A stretch of DNA of 64,000 bases from Phyllobates terribilis (lineage: Eukaryota), in NCBI RefSeq assembly GCF_046119375.1, contig NW_027362762.1, positions 231,322,001 to 231,386,000 of the forward strand. Direction: 5' to 3'. Made by a program: the position numbers and the translations under genes. This document shows, in pieces, positions 1 to 11,980 of the stretch. The notes under the pieces were generated by a model, which saw only the letters and a list, made by a program, of their open reading frames with translations, searched no databases and had not been told where the DNA came from. Position 1 is the first letter of the stretch; every line of letters begins with the position of its first letter.

Positions 1-2465
1 GATCAGTTTGATTTTGTATCAGTTTGAGCCCCATATGAAGGATGCCAAATGGGAGTTGATCATGGCAATGACCTTTAGTGGAACTATGGAGGCTGAATGT
101 TTAAGAACATATAGGAATTTAGGGAGGACTATCATTTTAATGACATTGATTCTCCCGGCTACTGACAGAGGGAGGGCACCTCATATTCTAATTTCCCCTG
201 CAAGTATGAAAAAAGAGGAGATACAGCATATCCAAAGATATCTGAGGCACCATAGAAATCTTTAGGAGGAGATATAGTTAAATCATGGAGGTGCATATGG
301 TTTCTTGCTATGTGTATACCTAGTATTTAAAGTGGGATGCTATTCGTAGCCTGCAAAATTAATTCCCTACTTTCCATCTTTAGTGCTTAGAGGTAACAAC
401 ATGGATTTCAGCCAGTTTATTTTCAGTCAAGACAACCATTTAAATTTATCAATCAGATCCATTACCAAGGGCAGTGTAACTCTTGGACTGGCCATAAACA
501 AGATTAAATCATCCACATATAACCCCAAGTGGTCCTCACGGGAACACACTTTCATCCCTTGATACCATACAGTCTGACGGATCCTTACAGCTAGTGGTTC
601 CATGACAATGGCAAACAATAGGGGGGACAGAGAGCACTACTGTCTTGTCTCTTCCCAAGGACATCAAACCTTTTATCAGGACCTTAGCTTTGGAGATCGA
701 TACAAAACTGCAATCCAGACTGGTCCAAAGCCAAATTGTAGAAAGGCCTTCTCAAGGTAGGCCATCTCGACTGAATCAAATGCCTTGGCAGCATCAAGAG
801 ATGCCAAGACCCAATCTTAGTGTCCTTTCCAACTCAATTTGCACTCTCCTAATATCATCGGACGTAAACCGACCTGGAATAAATCCATACTGGTATGCAT
901 GAATAATTTTGTGAATTACTTTATTTAGTCTATTCGCTTGAATTTTGGTCAATATTTTATAATCTATAATTGATAGGGAAATTGGTATATATGTAGCTCC
1001 TCTTTGGAAGGCTGATCCAGGTTTAATATAACCACAATATTAGCATCATAGAAAAATTAGGGTAGAAAGCCTAGATCCAGTGCGGAATTATATACTTTAA
1101 GAAGCTAATGAGCAAATTTGTCTAAATATCTTAGATAAACTTCCAAAGAGAGTCCATCTGGACATGGAGACTTCCCTCGTGCCAATTCTCTGTCAGCTTC
1201 CATTATCTCCTCCTCAGTAATAGGAGTCTCTAGGACTGCAGCAGTCTCCTCTATGAGGGTCGTGAAATTTATACCATCCATATATTCCTGTAGAGTCTCC
1301 TCCGGGCACTCAGCCTGAGTGCATACAGTTACTGGTAAACATGAGATAACACAGACAGAAGCTCACAAGAATCAAACACAACCATCCCCCCAGGATCACT
1401 AACCCAAATGACTGGAGGAGAGGTAGTATTATTGTTAATTATATGCCTAGCAGACTCCCAGTCTGACTACCAAGCTCAAAAAAGAATTGTCTGGTAAAGA
1501 ATAGGTGTCTATCCGCTTTGTCTTTTAAAAGTTGTAGGTATTTTGTACCAGTCTGAAGCCAGCTGTATTTACTTGGGTCAGAGGGGTTAGCCACAAAAGC
1601 AGCCTTTAATGAACTACATCATGAGGCTAACTCCTCCTCCCGAGAGGAATAACTTTTAATAAAGTAGACGGTGGATCTCAAACATCCCCCTCAAATCCCC
1701 CTTGAAGGCCTTCCAGCACACCTTTACATCTCCCTCTCGAGTGTGTATTTCCCAAAACACTTGAATTTGGTCAATTATTCTATCATTTTCCACAATTAAG
1801 GGCAAACCAGAAGGGATGTGTCTTAGATTTACTACACATTTCAGGTGAGGGAGAGCTCGGCTCCAATAATATTGGAGAATGATCTGAATTGCCCTAGGTA
1901 AATATTACAGGTGTGACACGAATTCAAGTGTCTCCACACTTCTGAACACATAGTCAGTTTTGAACACCTTGTCCTTGACACGAAGGTCCATGAGCACCAT
2001 CTTACATAATTTTAACAAACAGTTTATCTATTTGAGGGTCCATTAACAAGTTAAATTCCCCTAAACACAATGTTGGAGCAGAGGGATATGTGGCTGTGAA
2101 TATACCAGCCTCTTTTAAGACTTCCTGATTAGCAGGAAGGGGATTGTATAACAAAGATAACAAGGGGTGACAAGGATATACATGAATGAAAATATAGTGA
2201 CCATCGGCGTTAGACTGTAAAGATATTACCTTCCACCTAAGTTCACAAGCACGCAAACTCCCTTGGAGTATGATATATGGTAGGTGTGTAAGGATCCCTG
2301 TACCCAGGGCTTCAACAAGAGACTACTTGTGCTTGGTGTGAGTTGGGTGTCCTGGAGGCACACCACCTGGGGGTTATATTTACGGAGAAAGGAAAAGATT
2401 TGAACCCTCTTCCTGGGTGTTCCCAAGTCCTTTATGTTCCACAGTAAGAAATGTATCTTAGTCAT
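1..2465 (-). pseudogene. L1-clade LINE ORF2 remnant (APE endonuclease + reverse transcriptase), broken by stops and frameshifts; continues off the window edge
   Basis: Minus-strand peptides: KIHFLLWNIKDLGTPRKR..VCLQDT (EN N-terminus, 2226-2465), LCLGEFN (GDFN motif), FAIVMEPLAVRIR..LYVDDLIL (RT YADD region, 427-618), and near 100-180 ALPLSVAGRINVIKMIVLPKFLY (typical post-RT L1 motif). Confidence 0.9.
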
Positions 2466-2989
2466 TATAAAGCAATTGACTGGAATACAGTTTGATACGT
2501 ATCCTTTTTAAGGAGCTGGGGATTCCTTCCCAGAGACCCACAGAGCCCATGTACATAACATTAAACCTATTCACTATAGTAATAGAAAATGATGCAAAAC
2601 ATAATGCACGCAAAGAAACCATCAATGCAAGAAACATATGCAACATATAACATGTCAGGCTCAACTGGAGCCGTAGAACAAAGTAGCTGAACCCAAACTC
2701 ACAAATTGGAGCCATGAGGTAACAAATGCCTCGTGCTTGTGAAGACAAACATTAGAGGGGTCCATACGGTGGCATGGAAGCCATCACTGCAGGGACTGTA
2801 TATCCTGCTGGAAAAGATTGGGAGTAAAGTCCGTCCTTACTAGACAGAGTAAATGGGTTGGGGAGGACTCGAATCCAAGTAATCCATTGGAGTTACTTAA
2901 AAAAAAAATCAAAGTAGAAAACCAGAAAATGTAGTTATCCTGCTGGATTCTAGTGCTTCATCTTTAATTTCTTGGTAAGACAGTCATCA

Positions 2990-5730
2990 GCCTAGGTAGA
3001 GGAGGTAAATAAATGGGTCCATCTCCATCAGCCATTCATAGCCGAGCAAGGTATGGTGAGTTGGGCTTCACTAAAGGCCTTGCGATCTGTCTCCCCCCAG
3101 TCAATGGACACAGTCTGGTCAGGGATACTCACGGCCACTGGCTTAGAGGTGAATGATAGAAGCTTGGGGTGCAGGTTATCCTCGGGAGGAGTGGCAGATG
3201 GTGGCAGAAGGATCCACATCAGAAAGTTGCTTGGCTTTGCTGTGGGTGATGACTGACAAATTGGCAGGACAGTCCTTGTCCTAGGTCGTTCCCCAAAATA
3301 ATAGGTGTGGGGAGGCTGTCCATGAGTCCCACTTCGAACTCTCTCTGGTCGGTACCCCAGTCCGACTGCACACGTGCTAGAGGAATGTCTGAGCGCTGAC
3401 CTCCAACCAGGGAGATGGTCACTTGGCTGCCAGGTAAATAGTGTAATGATGGGACAATATCTGGGCTAACCAGGGTGATGGAAGACCCAGTGTTCCAAAG
3501 TCCCTGGGCCAGGATTTCATGACCTTGATGGGCTGGATGTGGTGATGGAGGTTGACTGGTGTAGGGTGGCCAATCCGCGTTAGAGTATGGATGGGATATA
3601 CCACTTTCTCAGCTGCTGGTGTGTCCCAGGGGTAGCGTCCCTCAGACTCGGGAGGCTCACTTTGGTAGATTCTGACTGGCTGGGCTGGCAGACGGGCTCC
3701 AGGCATGTGACCCTGTCCCTGGGGACAATCTTTGGCCACGTGTCCAAGGCACCCGCATATATAACAGCACTGTGGGTTGGGCAAATCATGGGTACTGTTG
3801 GTGACCATTGGTCCTGGTGGATTTTCTGCTGGTTAGGGAAATAGTCCTGCTTGAGGGATGGCTGGCCAGTCTAATCTTTGGTTGAGGTGTCTTCTGGGAT
3901 CAATGGGCATATCAGCTCGTCAGCAGGGTCGATAGGCTGAGTAAACTCATCAATGCTTGCTCTGGGGTGTTGGGCTTCTGATTTGCTACCCACTCTCATA
4001 TTTCTGGGGCAATTTTCTCCATAAGTTGCTTGAGCATGATCAAGTCCTATAGGGCAACAGCAGAGTCTGCAGCTCTACCATTGAGCCAGCGGTTGCAGTG
4101 TCGTCGGAGTTGACTGCCAAATTCTACATAGGAGTAGAGGAGACAATGTCCAAAACTTAGTGCAATATCTCTCGAGGTGAGGGTAAAAAGGGCCAACAGG
4201 GTGCCCTTAATAGTTCTATACTAAAGGCAGCCCTGAGGCCCAAGCGACCGGGCAGCATCCCGTGCCGGCCAGTCAAACTAGTACACAGGTATTTAGCACA
4301 ATCCACTGTGGACACCTGGTGCATCAGTATCAGAGTCTCAAAATCTTGCAGATGTTCATCGACTTCGGTGTTGGACTCATTAAACATAGGCACATATCTG
4401 TAGTGGAGATGAGTTCCTTGGTGGGGAACCATTATGGGAGTAGGATTCAGCGCTGGTGGCAGGGATACTGGAACTCCTAAAACTGATTCCATAACACAAG
4501 CCCTTTCCCAACACCATGTCCTAATGCAACCAACAACTTCTGCATTCGGGCTGCTGGGGATTGGGTTGAATCCAGACTGCCACTGGGTCCTTGCTCTGGT
4601 AATTCCTCTAAGTCCATCTCAGTGGAGCTTTGTTCATCTTCCACAATGTTCTGAGCATCCCAATGGACCAATTCCTTGATCAAATCCTACCGATTGTCGG
4701 TGGCCTGGTATTAAATCCGTCGAAACTGGCATAGCTCCTGTAGTTGTCATTTCTTGTTGCGGCTGTGCATCTTCTTCGGTCCTCTTCTTTAGGCAGTGCT
4801 GGTAGGGTTGGACATAGTGGCATCTGAAACCTTCTGTGTATGCCTCACCTACTGTCTGCTGGGTCTGTCTACATGCCTCCCTGGTTGTGGAGCTCTGTGG
4901 ATGGTGTGTGCTAACAATAGTCTCCTGCAGCTCCCTCAGATATGTTGGGCTGTGTAGTATCTCACTGTTTCCACCAAAATGTGAAGACCCTGGGTCTTCC
5001 ATGGTCATAAAGCTACTCAGACAATGCAGTGTGCGGGTTAAACAGAGTGGCAATACTTTATTGAACCACAAAGCGGATGATAAACACACAGAACCCTCCC
5101 AGCAAATACCCAAGATGGTACAACATTACACAGTCTCACCCTTCCTTCTCCGCCCGCCTGGGATAGAACAGCTGCGACTTTGGAGACTTTCAGGGCTGAC
5201 TACCTCAATCAGTGGCCCCCCACTGCTGGCGGGCCCCCACAGAGAGACGGTAGCGGCAAGCTTAGGAAGCTAGCTGTCCATCGCGGTACAAGGCCAGGAA
5301 ACCCGATGGTCCCAACCTGGCCTCTCCGAGAGTTTCCATGGAGTCAGATGACCGGCAGGTCCCAATCTGGCTTCTCCGAATGTCTCCATGAGTTCCAGGA
5401 AACCGGTGGGTACCTCTTGGCAACCACAAACAACATATCTATGGGGCCAGGTGATTTCCTCATCCCACCCATTGTCTCCCCAAAATGTACCCATGGTCTC
5501 TCTGATGGTCAATGGAGCAGATCCGTATCTTTCCAGTCAGGGCCGTACCCTTAGGCCGGAATCGTGTAAAATCCAAATCTGTGTCTCTTTGGATGGATCT
5601 GCCATGTTATCAATCTACTTTCCTGAAGGATGTCTCTCATTCTTGTAAAGTCTTTCTGATGCTCCTTGATTCTGCTTGCAGCAGTACAGACATCCATGTT
5701 TTTATTTACATCTGTGTAAGGTCATAAGTC
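2990..5730 (-). mobile_element. Truncated Gmr1-like Ty3/Gypsy element with SCAN-type capsid; 5' LTR about 4980-5730
   Basis: Minus strand: LTR end TCACA (4984-4980), TTT spacer, PBS-like TGGTGG (4976-4971), AATAAA near 5057. Gag, zinc knuckle and protease peptides follow. Most of pol is deleted. The distal LTR boundary is uncertain. Confidence 0.75.
3028..4680 (-). pseudogene. Degenerate gag (capsid N-part, SCAN-like domain, CCHC knuckle), aspartic protease and a short RT-RNaseH linker fragment
   Basis: EVDEHLQDFETLILMHQV (gag). My translation of about 4140-3945: YVEFGSQLRRHCNRWL..*DLIMLKQLMEKIAPEI*EWVANQKPNTPEQA (SCAN pattern). CYICGCLGHVAKDC is CX2CX4HX4C. IPLARVQSDWG..EVGLMDSLPTPIILGNDL is the protease C-part. 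Confidence 0.8.
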
Positions 5731-6060
5731 ACAGGTCAGGGTTAGGGAGGGCATTACTCACATGGCTCAGCTCTCATTGTTTGAGCTAATCTATTTAAAT
5801 AGTTGCTATAGTAGGGGGGCTCTTGTAAATAATTTATCCGGGTGCTGTCACACTGCTCTTTCAGGAAGTCCGATAATGCAGAAATTATTTTGATGCAGTC
5901 GACTCTCCAAGTAATCTGCTTTTTTATGTCAAAGCTCTGATCTCCCAGTGAGGTCTCATACAGCATTAGGCATCCCTTTTGTGAGGTCATCTAGAGCCCA
6001 GAGCAGATCCTCCACCTCAGACACACTCAGGGACGTCAGTGACGACGTAGCCACACTTCT

Positions 6061-6640
6061 TGTGACGAGAACTTTGGCTCCAAAATTGATGATCCCAAGT
6101 ATTGAAGTATTGGGTCACACAATGAATGGATAGATAGTCAGAGTACTGTGTTGTAAATTGGAGCAGGTTCCTTGTTCAGAATTTTCTGTAGCCAGGAATT
6201 AACTCCCAGCGGACTCAATTACAAGGTTAATTCAAGTCCCAGGCAGACGTTTGTTTTTTACAGTGAGCTGGTTGAGTGTAGACTGCAGGTAGCCAGGTAA
6301 CCTAGGAGTCTGAGTAGTGAGAAGGGGGGTAGCTTCCCCAGCACACATAATATAACTGATTCTCTGGCAGTCAGAGAGTTTTCTGCACTTATCTCCTGGG
6401 ACGCCCATGTAAAGACAGACTTCAGCTTACAGCACTTCAGGAGGTTGTGAGTCAAGTGTCAGTGTGGCTGGACACCCAGGGACAATATGGTGCTGGCAGA
6501 AGAAAGTCTTGATCACATCTACCTTCTGGATTCAAGTAGGCACCACCAGCAGAGACTCTCTCAATCTCAGGAAACAGTACAGAAGGATTTTTAACAGGAT
6601 TATAAGGATATAACTTGAATTCCAGCAAGAGCTCCTGTCA
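6061..6640. mobile_element. Possible solo LTR remnant (unclassified)
   Basis: Begins TGTGACG and ends near TGTCA, with higher GC than the flanks. No TSD found. Confidence 0.25.
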
Positions 6641-7330
6641 GGGTTATAATGTTTAATAACAACATTACAGCGACTGAAAACTTAGAGGCCCAATAGTTTC
6701 TCTTCAAGATGCTCTCGGCGCCATATTTTTGGACTATTACAACTAATGCAGATTGCTATCTGCATATAATGCTCTTGGTTAATTTGCCAATGATTCTTGT
6801 ACCTCATTCCAGAGAATTACTTTACCCATTACTTTCAGCACATTACCTACTTGAGGCTAGCAGTCCGCTGTTAAATTATTACGACACCACATATTTCACA
6901 CATTGCGCATTTTTCCATGTTGTCCCAGCCCTGCACAGTTGGTGACCATTGCTCATTTTTGCCAAACAAATTATAAAGACCAATATTCATATCTCCTATA
7001 TATACATATATAAAATTAAAAAATTCATGATGCGCATGACCGGGCTGACTAGATAATGAAAGGCAACAGCCGATCAGCGGCCACTTATTGGCTTCAGTGG
7101 TCATGTGAACTATCAAAGTCACATTACCACAATGAAAGACATTGCCAACATTGCAGATCCAGGAGGTGAGTATTGGCTTTTATATTGTATGTGGGTCATG
7201 TTAGTAGTTAATAGTTAAGTAGGTGTTTAAAGTAGTGGGCAACCCCTTTAATGAATTTTAGCAATGAACACTCTCATTCTGTATATGCACAACTATTCAT
7301 TTAACTTGTATTCTACCACATACACCTTAA

Positions 7331-7892
7331 AGGGGTTTTCCCACAAACAAAAGTTGATTTTAATCAAATGATCTTGGAATAATAGTAAGTTCCACAATTT
7401 GATGCCCTTAAATAAAATGTCCCTGTGCTGAGATAATCTTAAAAATGTGCCCCTGCTGTGTACTGTGTAATGGCTGTGTCTGGTCATACAGGGACATGGT
7501 CTGATCATACCACATCTCCTGGGCTGGGAAGGAAGCAAATAAGAGTGTACAGACATTACCGTACAGGATCACTGCTGATTCTTTTTGTGAGGTAAAACAT
7601 TTCACTGCCTGTTTTTAAACAATGTCTTGCTTAAAAGAAGGAATCAGCTGTGATGTGCTGCTGTAGTGTCTGTATATTCTCTTTTGCTTCCTCCTCTGCC
7701 CAGGAGATGCAGTATGATCAGACCATGTTCCTGCATGGTCAGACACAGCCATTACACAGTAAGCAGCAGGGGCACATGTATAAGATTATCTCAGCACAGG
7801 AACATTTTATTTAAACACATCTAATTGTGAAAATTATTAATATTCCAAGATCTATTGATTAAAATCAAGTTTTGTTCATGGGAAAACCTCTT
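7331..7892. mobile_element. T2/Kolobok-type MITE, almost entirely palindromic (fold-back)
   Basis: TTAA|AGGGGTTTTCCCACAAACAAAAGTTGATTTTAATCAA matches the reverse complement of TTGATTAAAATCAAGTTTTGTTCATGGGAAAACCTCT. The arms pair for more than 250 bp. Confidence 0.9.
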
Positions 7893-10194
7893 TTATTAAC
7901 CTGTTTTCCAATTTCAGGTATGTATGCAATTTTTTACACTTAGTTTTTAACCTTGCACTTTATCACTTGCATGTTTGTGTGTATTTCAACTCACTTTGCA
8001 CAATTTACAATCCTGTTCTGATTACTAAGCAATGCCTATGATGTTTCTACAAAATGGCAACCAATGGGGACATGGTACCTACTATATAATCATGATCCAA
8101 CACCTTTAACTCAAAAACCCTACATGATGATAGGGGCAAAAAGAGAGAGGTGGAGGCTAGTGTTCACATCTTTTCAAATCCCACAAACATTTGTATAGAG
8201 ATTGCATGCTCTCCATAATTTACAGTGGGATCCCTCTCACATTCCAAACATATACTGATTCTGAACCCCAACGGGTACAGTGATGATAATGTCTTTATCG
8301 CGCAGCAGAATATATTGGTATTTTATAAGCAAGCTTAATGAACACATGATTAGTATGCTTTATCATATTGTGTGATTTCAGTGTTGTTTCCAGCAAACAT
8401 TACCATACTACAACACTAAGGACACCTAGAGATTAATTACAATATTGTAGCATATTGATTGTGATACTAAAGGGGTAATCTAGTTGGGTGAAGACGTCAT
8501 CTATTTGCAAGATAGATGATAAATTCTAGAATTGTAGGATCCAACTACTGAGACCCCAATAATCCCAAGAATATGTAAATAGTAAACCCGATAAGGTCCA
8601 TAATATCACTGGATTCATTACAGGACAGCATTATAAACCACTGCATTTGCCTTTTCTTAAACAAAATGAGCCATTTAACTGCTACTATGGTCAATCATAC
8701 CTCAGTAAATTGTCTACAGTTCTGTACAATTACAAATAAGACCATATTGTTATTAACCTAAGACACTACAAATTGACAACTTCAGCTCTTCTACAATTTA
8801 TATACATGACAATTGGCATTATAGTATCTGATATCAGAAATTTTAATGTAATCCTCTCCTTATTTTTTGTGTTATATTATGCAAAATGAATTCTTTGTCT
8901 CATCACTGATTGCAGATCAAAATTTATCTAGCAGCAGTCAATCAGTGAACATCATCCTTTACCTATTCCTCTCCACCGTTATCTAATAATGCATGCTGAT
9001 TATTCAAATGTATCCAGTCATTTCCATATTTTCTACATTTAAAAAATAGTTTTTGTGTACATGAGTGGACATTTCATTTATTTTAGTGAGATTCCAATCC
9101 GTGACGCATGCCTCAGCTATAACAATCCTTTCTATTTTTGTAGAAATTTGATTCTTAATAACATTCATGTTCTCTAAGCCCATAACATCTCTGATATTCT
9201 TTAAGTACGTATATTAAAGAGGTTTGCTTCTTACTGACCTTCTTCTTTGACATAGACTTGATTCTTGCTCACTAATTTGTATTTCTATTAAAGGTTAAAT
9301 TTTAAGCCTTTACAGTCACTGAATAATCTGTGATCCAAAAACCTGTATTCCTATAATAGCAATATACCAGAACTGCAATCAAGTAAAAATGAAAGGCTCA
9401 AGTTCAGTATGTGACTCTGTTATGATATTCTTACTTCTGTGGTTTTTTTCTCTTTATGCATATAATGTTCATAAATATATTATATGCACTTTGAACAAAT
9501 ATATAAAAATACTAACTTAATCAAGGCTCACAAATTTAACATTGATGAAATCCAGGTTATCCAGGTTTGTGGAATCTATAGACTGACACAAATCTTTATG
9601 GCACAATTTCAATCAGACAAGATATATGTAGGCCTCAATAGAGCTCTCGGGTCCCATTGCAAAGGACACACCATGGCTCTTGTCTGTTTTAAATGTGTAA
9701 ATCCAGCTTCATTATGAAGAATATGGTGGCATATCATATGTAACAGTGCTTGGTGATCAACCCCGATGGTGGGCTTGCTGTCTTTTTTTTTCTGTTTGTA
9801 TATTTTTGTGGATTTTCTGTTTTTCATTAGACTTGCCTAACTTTGTTACAACTTGAATATTCTGTACACTGACCCAGCTACTAGCTACCTATTGATGCAT
9901 CAGGACTGTTTTGAGAATGGTAACCTATTTAAAAAAATGTAACTCTTAATATCAGTCACATATTAAGTGTAAAATCAGGATTTATCAGTTGTTATGCTAG
10001 ACCATTAAAAAAAGAATCATAACAATCTTTTTTTCACTGTATATGAATTATTTTGATATAGTAAATATTCAATTGCACATATCCAAATGTAAACACTTTA
10101 CAAAATCACTTTCACCATATTCACCCATGATGCATAGCAATCCGGGATGAGGGTATCAGCTGGGTTTCGTTAATATAGATTTTCACATGTTGAC

Positions 10195-10390
10195 TAGAGA
10201 TGAGCAGATTAATTCTCAAGATTCCGGTCCATCTTACAGGTCAGTGGTACCCAGCTGCTAGACCAGAGTTCAGTGAATAAATCCACTCATCTCTACTGTT
10301 GACCATACTGAGACACTGCAAGGTGGACTGTGACGTCTGCACACTTGTGCGATGTTTCGTGGAAATTCCCACTCAGTCATAGGTAATAAT
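10195..10390 (+). mobile_element. Isolated hAT-type terminus remnant
   Basis: TAGAGATGAGC at 10195, the same terminal motif as the element at 16490. No partner end found. Confidence 0.35.
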
Positions 10391-10399
10391 AAAGTTATT

Positions 10400-10950
10400 A
10401 TTAAAGTTAATTAAAGTCCAATTGACTGACCAACCACTGGTGCCATTCAGTATACCAATGTAAGAACAATTTTAGATGCCAAAAGGAACCCATATTACCC
10501 TCTCAAAATTCTTATGCTATACTACCTCTGTGACAGTTATTGCATTGTTCTCCGGGCTTTCACAATCTGCTGAACTTTGATTTCTCTACTGATCAACCCC
10601 TTGGATGGCTTTCTAGATTTGACACTGTAGTTTTGTTTACTTGAGTGCCTTATTGTAACACTCAAGTAGTGATTAGATGAATGGGCTGAAGGCCAGCAAT
10701 AGAAGTATGCCAGACACATTAGGTGCAAGCCGTCACGCTAATGCACACCCTTGGAGGCCAAGCTATTGTTCACTTGCTCCCACTAAAGGGAGGAGGACTT
10801 TTGCAGAGCCCTTCCCAGGTGCAAATAGCAGGGTGGCTGGTGACAGGGCACATTGGCCAAAGTTGGGTCAAACACACCGATAAACTATACCAGTAAGGCA
10901 GGAATGAACTAAAAAAACATGAGCTGTCAGAAGTTCACACATTCAAACAC
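10400..10950 (-). mobile_element. Highly decayed Tc1-like transposase N-terminal fragment
   Basis: Minus peptide SVKSRKPSKGLISREIKVQQIVKARR resembles the Tc1 GRPR/homeo-like region. Confidence 0.35.
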
Positions 10951-11737
10951 TTCATAAAAGTCTACATTCATTGTTGCATTTTGTAAAAAAAAAAATCCAA
11001 AACCATAGGAATAAGCCAACCAATATTTGCATGCAAATTAAAAAGGAGAAGATACCGTATGTGTATGAAATTTCTCTTTCCAATTTATTACTATAATTTT
11101 AATATTAGCAAGTCTCTTTAAAAAAATCTAATGTGTTAACCAATACTGATCTCCAGTGGAACTAATTGAAAGTGTCTTCTCCTCTGTTATAAGAAAACTT
11201 TTTAAATCCTGTTTGTCACTTGTAGTATGGGGCTCCACCATTTAAAAATTAGTAAAACTCTTGTTTTCTTACATCAATATGCATTTTCACTGTTGTAGCT
11301 ACATCATAGGTTTATAATTTCCATTAGTCAAATTTGTCTACTTCTCCTTTCTATTGTAGCAGAAAATCCCCTGCTGCTCCCCCATCTCCTTCTTCACACA
11401 GACTTAAGTGAGGATATCCATCTCCCAATTTACTCTGCTCTAACTTGGGATAAATCATGGCTGGATTTTATAATATAACATAAGACCAAAGTCAAGGACA
11501 TAATGTGCACCATCCAGTACTATTTCTTATACCTGGGTGAGTTTATTATTGGATACGTTTTTAAACAGATCATCACCAGTTAACAAAGAAGTTGTGGTGA
11601 TGATGGGGCACAAGTTGTGTCAAAAAACAGGAGCATATGAGAAGGGGGAAGATTTTGACAAATCAACTGTTTCTGTTTTAGATAACTATACTGTACTTTC
11701 CATACATGAAAGACACAAAAAGAAAAACTGCAGTTAA

Positions 11738-11980
11738 AGAGAACCTGTCAGCACGATTTTGAAAAGCAAAGTAAAGACATGGCTGTAATGACACTGTAAT
11801 ACTGATTACATTGATATGTTTGGTGAAGAAATCCGCTTTGTGGTTCTTCTTTAATCACCATTTGAAGTGTTCTGCTAATTAAATTAAGTGCACTGGGGCC
11901 GGATTGTGCACTTGGTCTCATTTTAATCTGTATTACAGCGCCATACCATTACAGCCATGCCTTTACTTTACAGGTTCTCT
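11738..11980. mobile_element. T2/Kolobok-type MITE
   Basis: TTAA at 11734-37 and 11981-84. TIRs AGAGAACCTGT..GTAAAGACATGGCTGTAATG / CATTACAGCCATGCCTTTAC..ACAGGTTCTCT. Confidence 0.9.

Noticed and set aside
8-265. 85-aa plus-strand ORF
   Set aside because: Antisense to L1 ORF2 sequence.
4983-4999. Perfect palindrome GAAGACCC-T-GGGTCTTC at the LTR end next to the PBS
   Set aside because: Could be a U5 stem, but it is a single short instance with no second LTR to test conservation.
11360-11407. 48-nt splice-flanked segment (TAGCAG acceptor, GTGAGG donor; RKSPAAPPSPSSHRL) and nearby GG|GTGAGT donor at 11537
   Set aside because: No recognisable protein or compatible neighbouring exon; such sites arise by chance in 64 kb.
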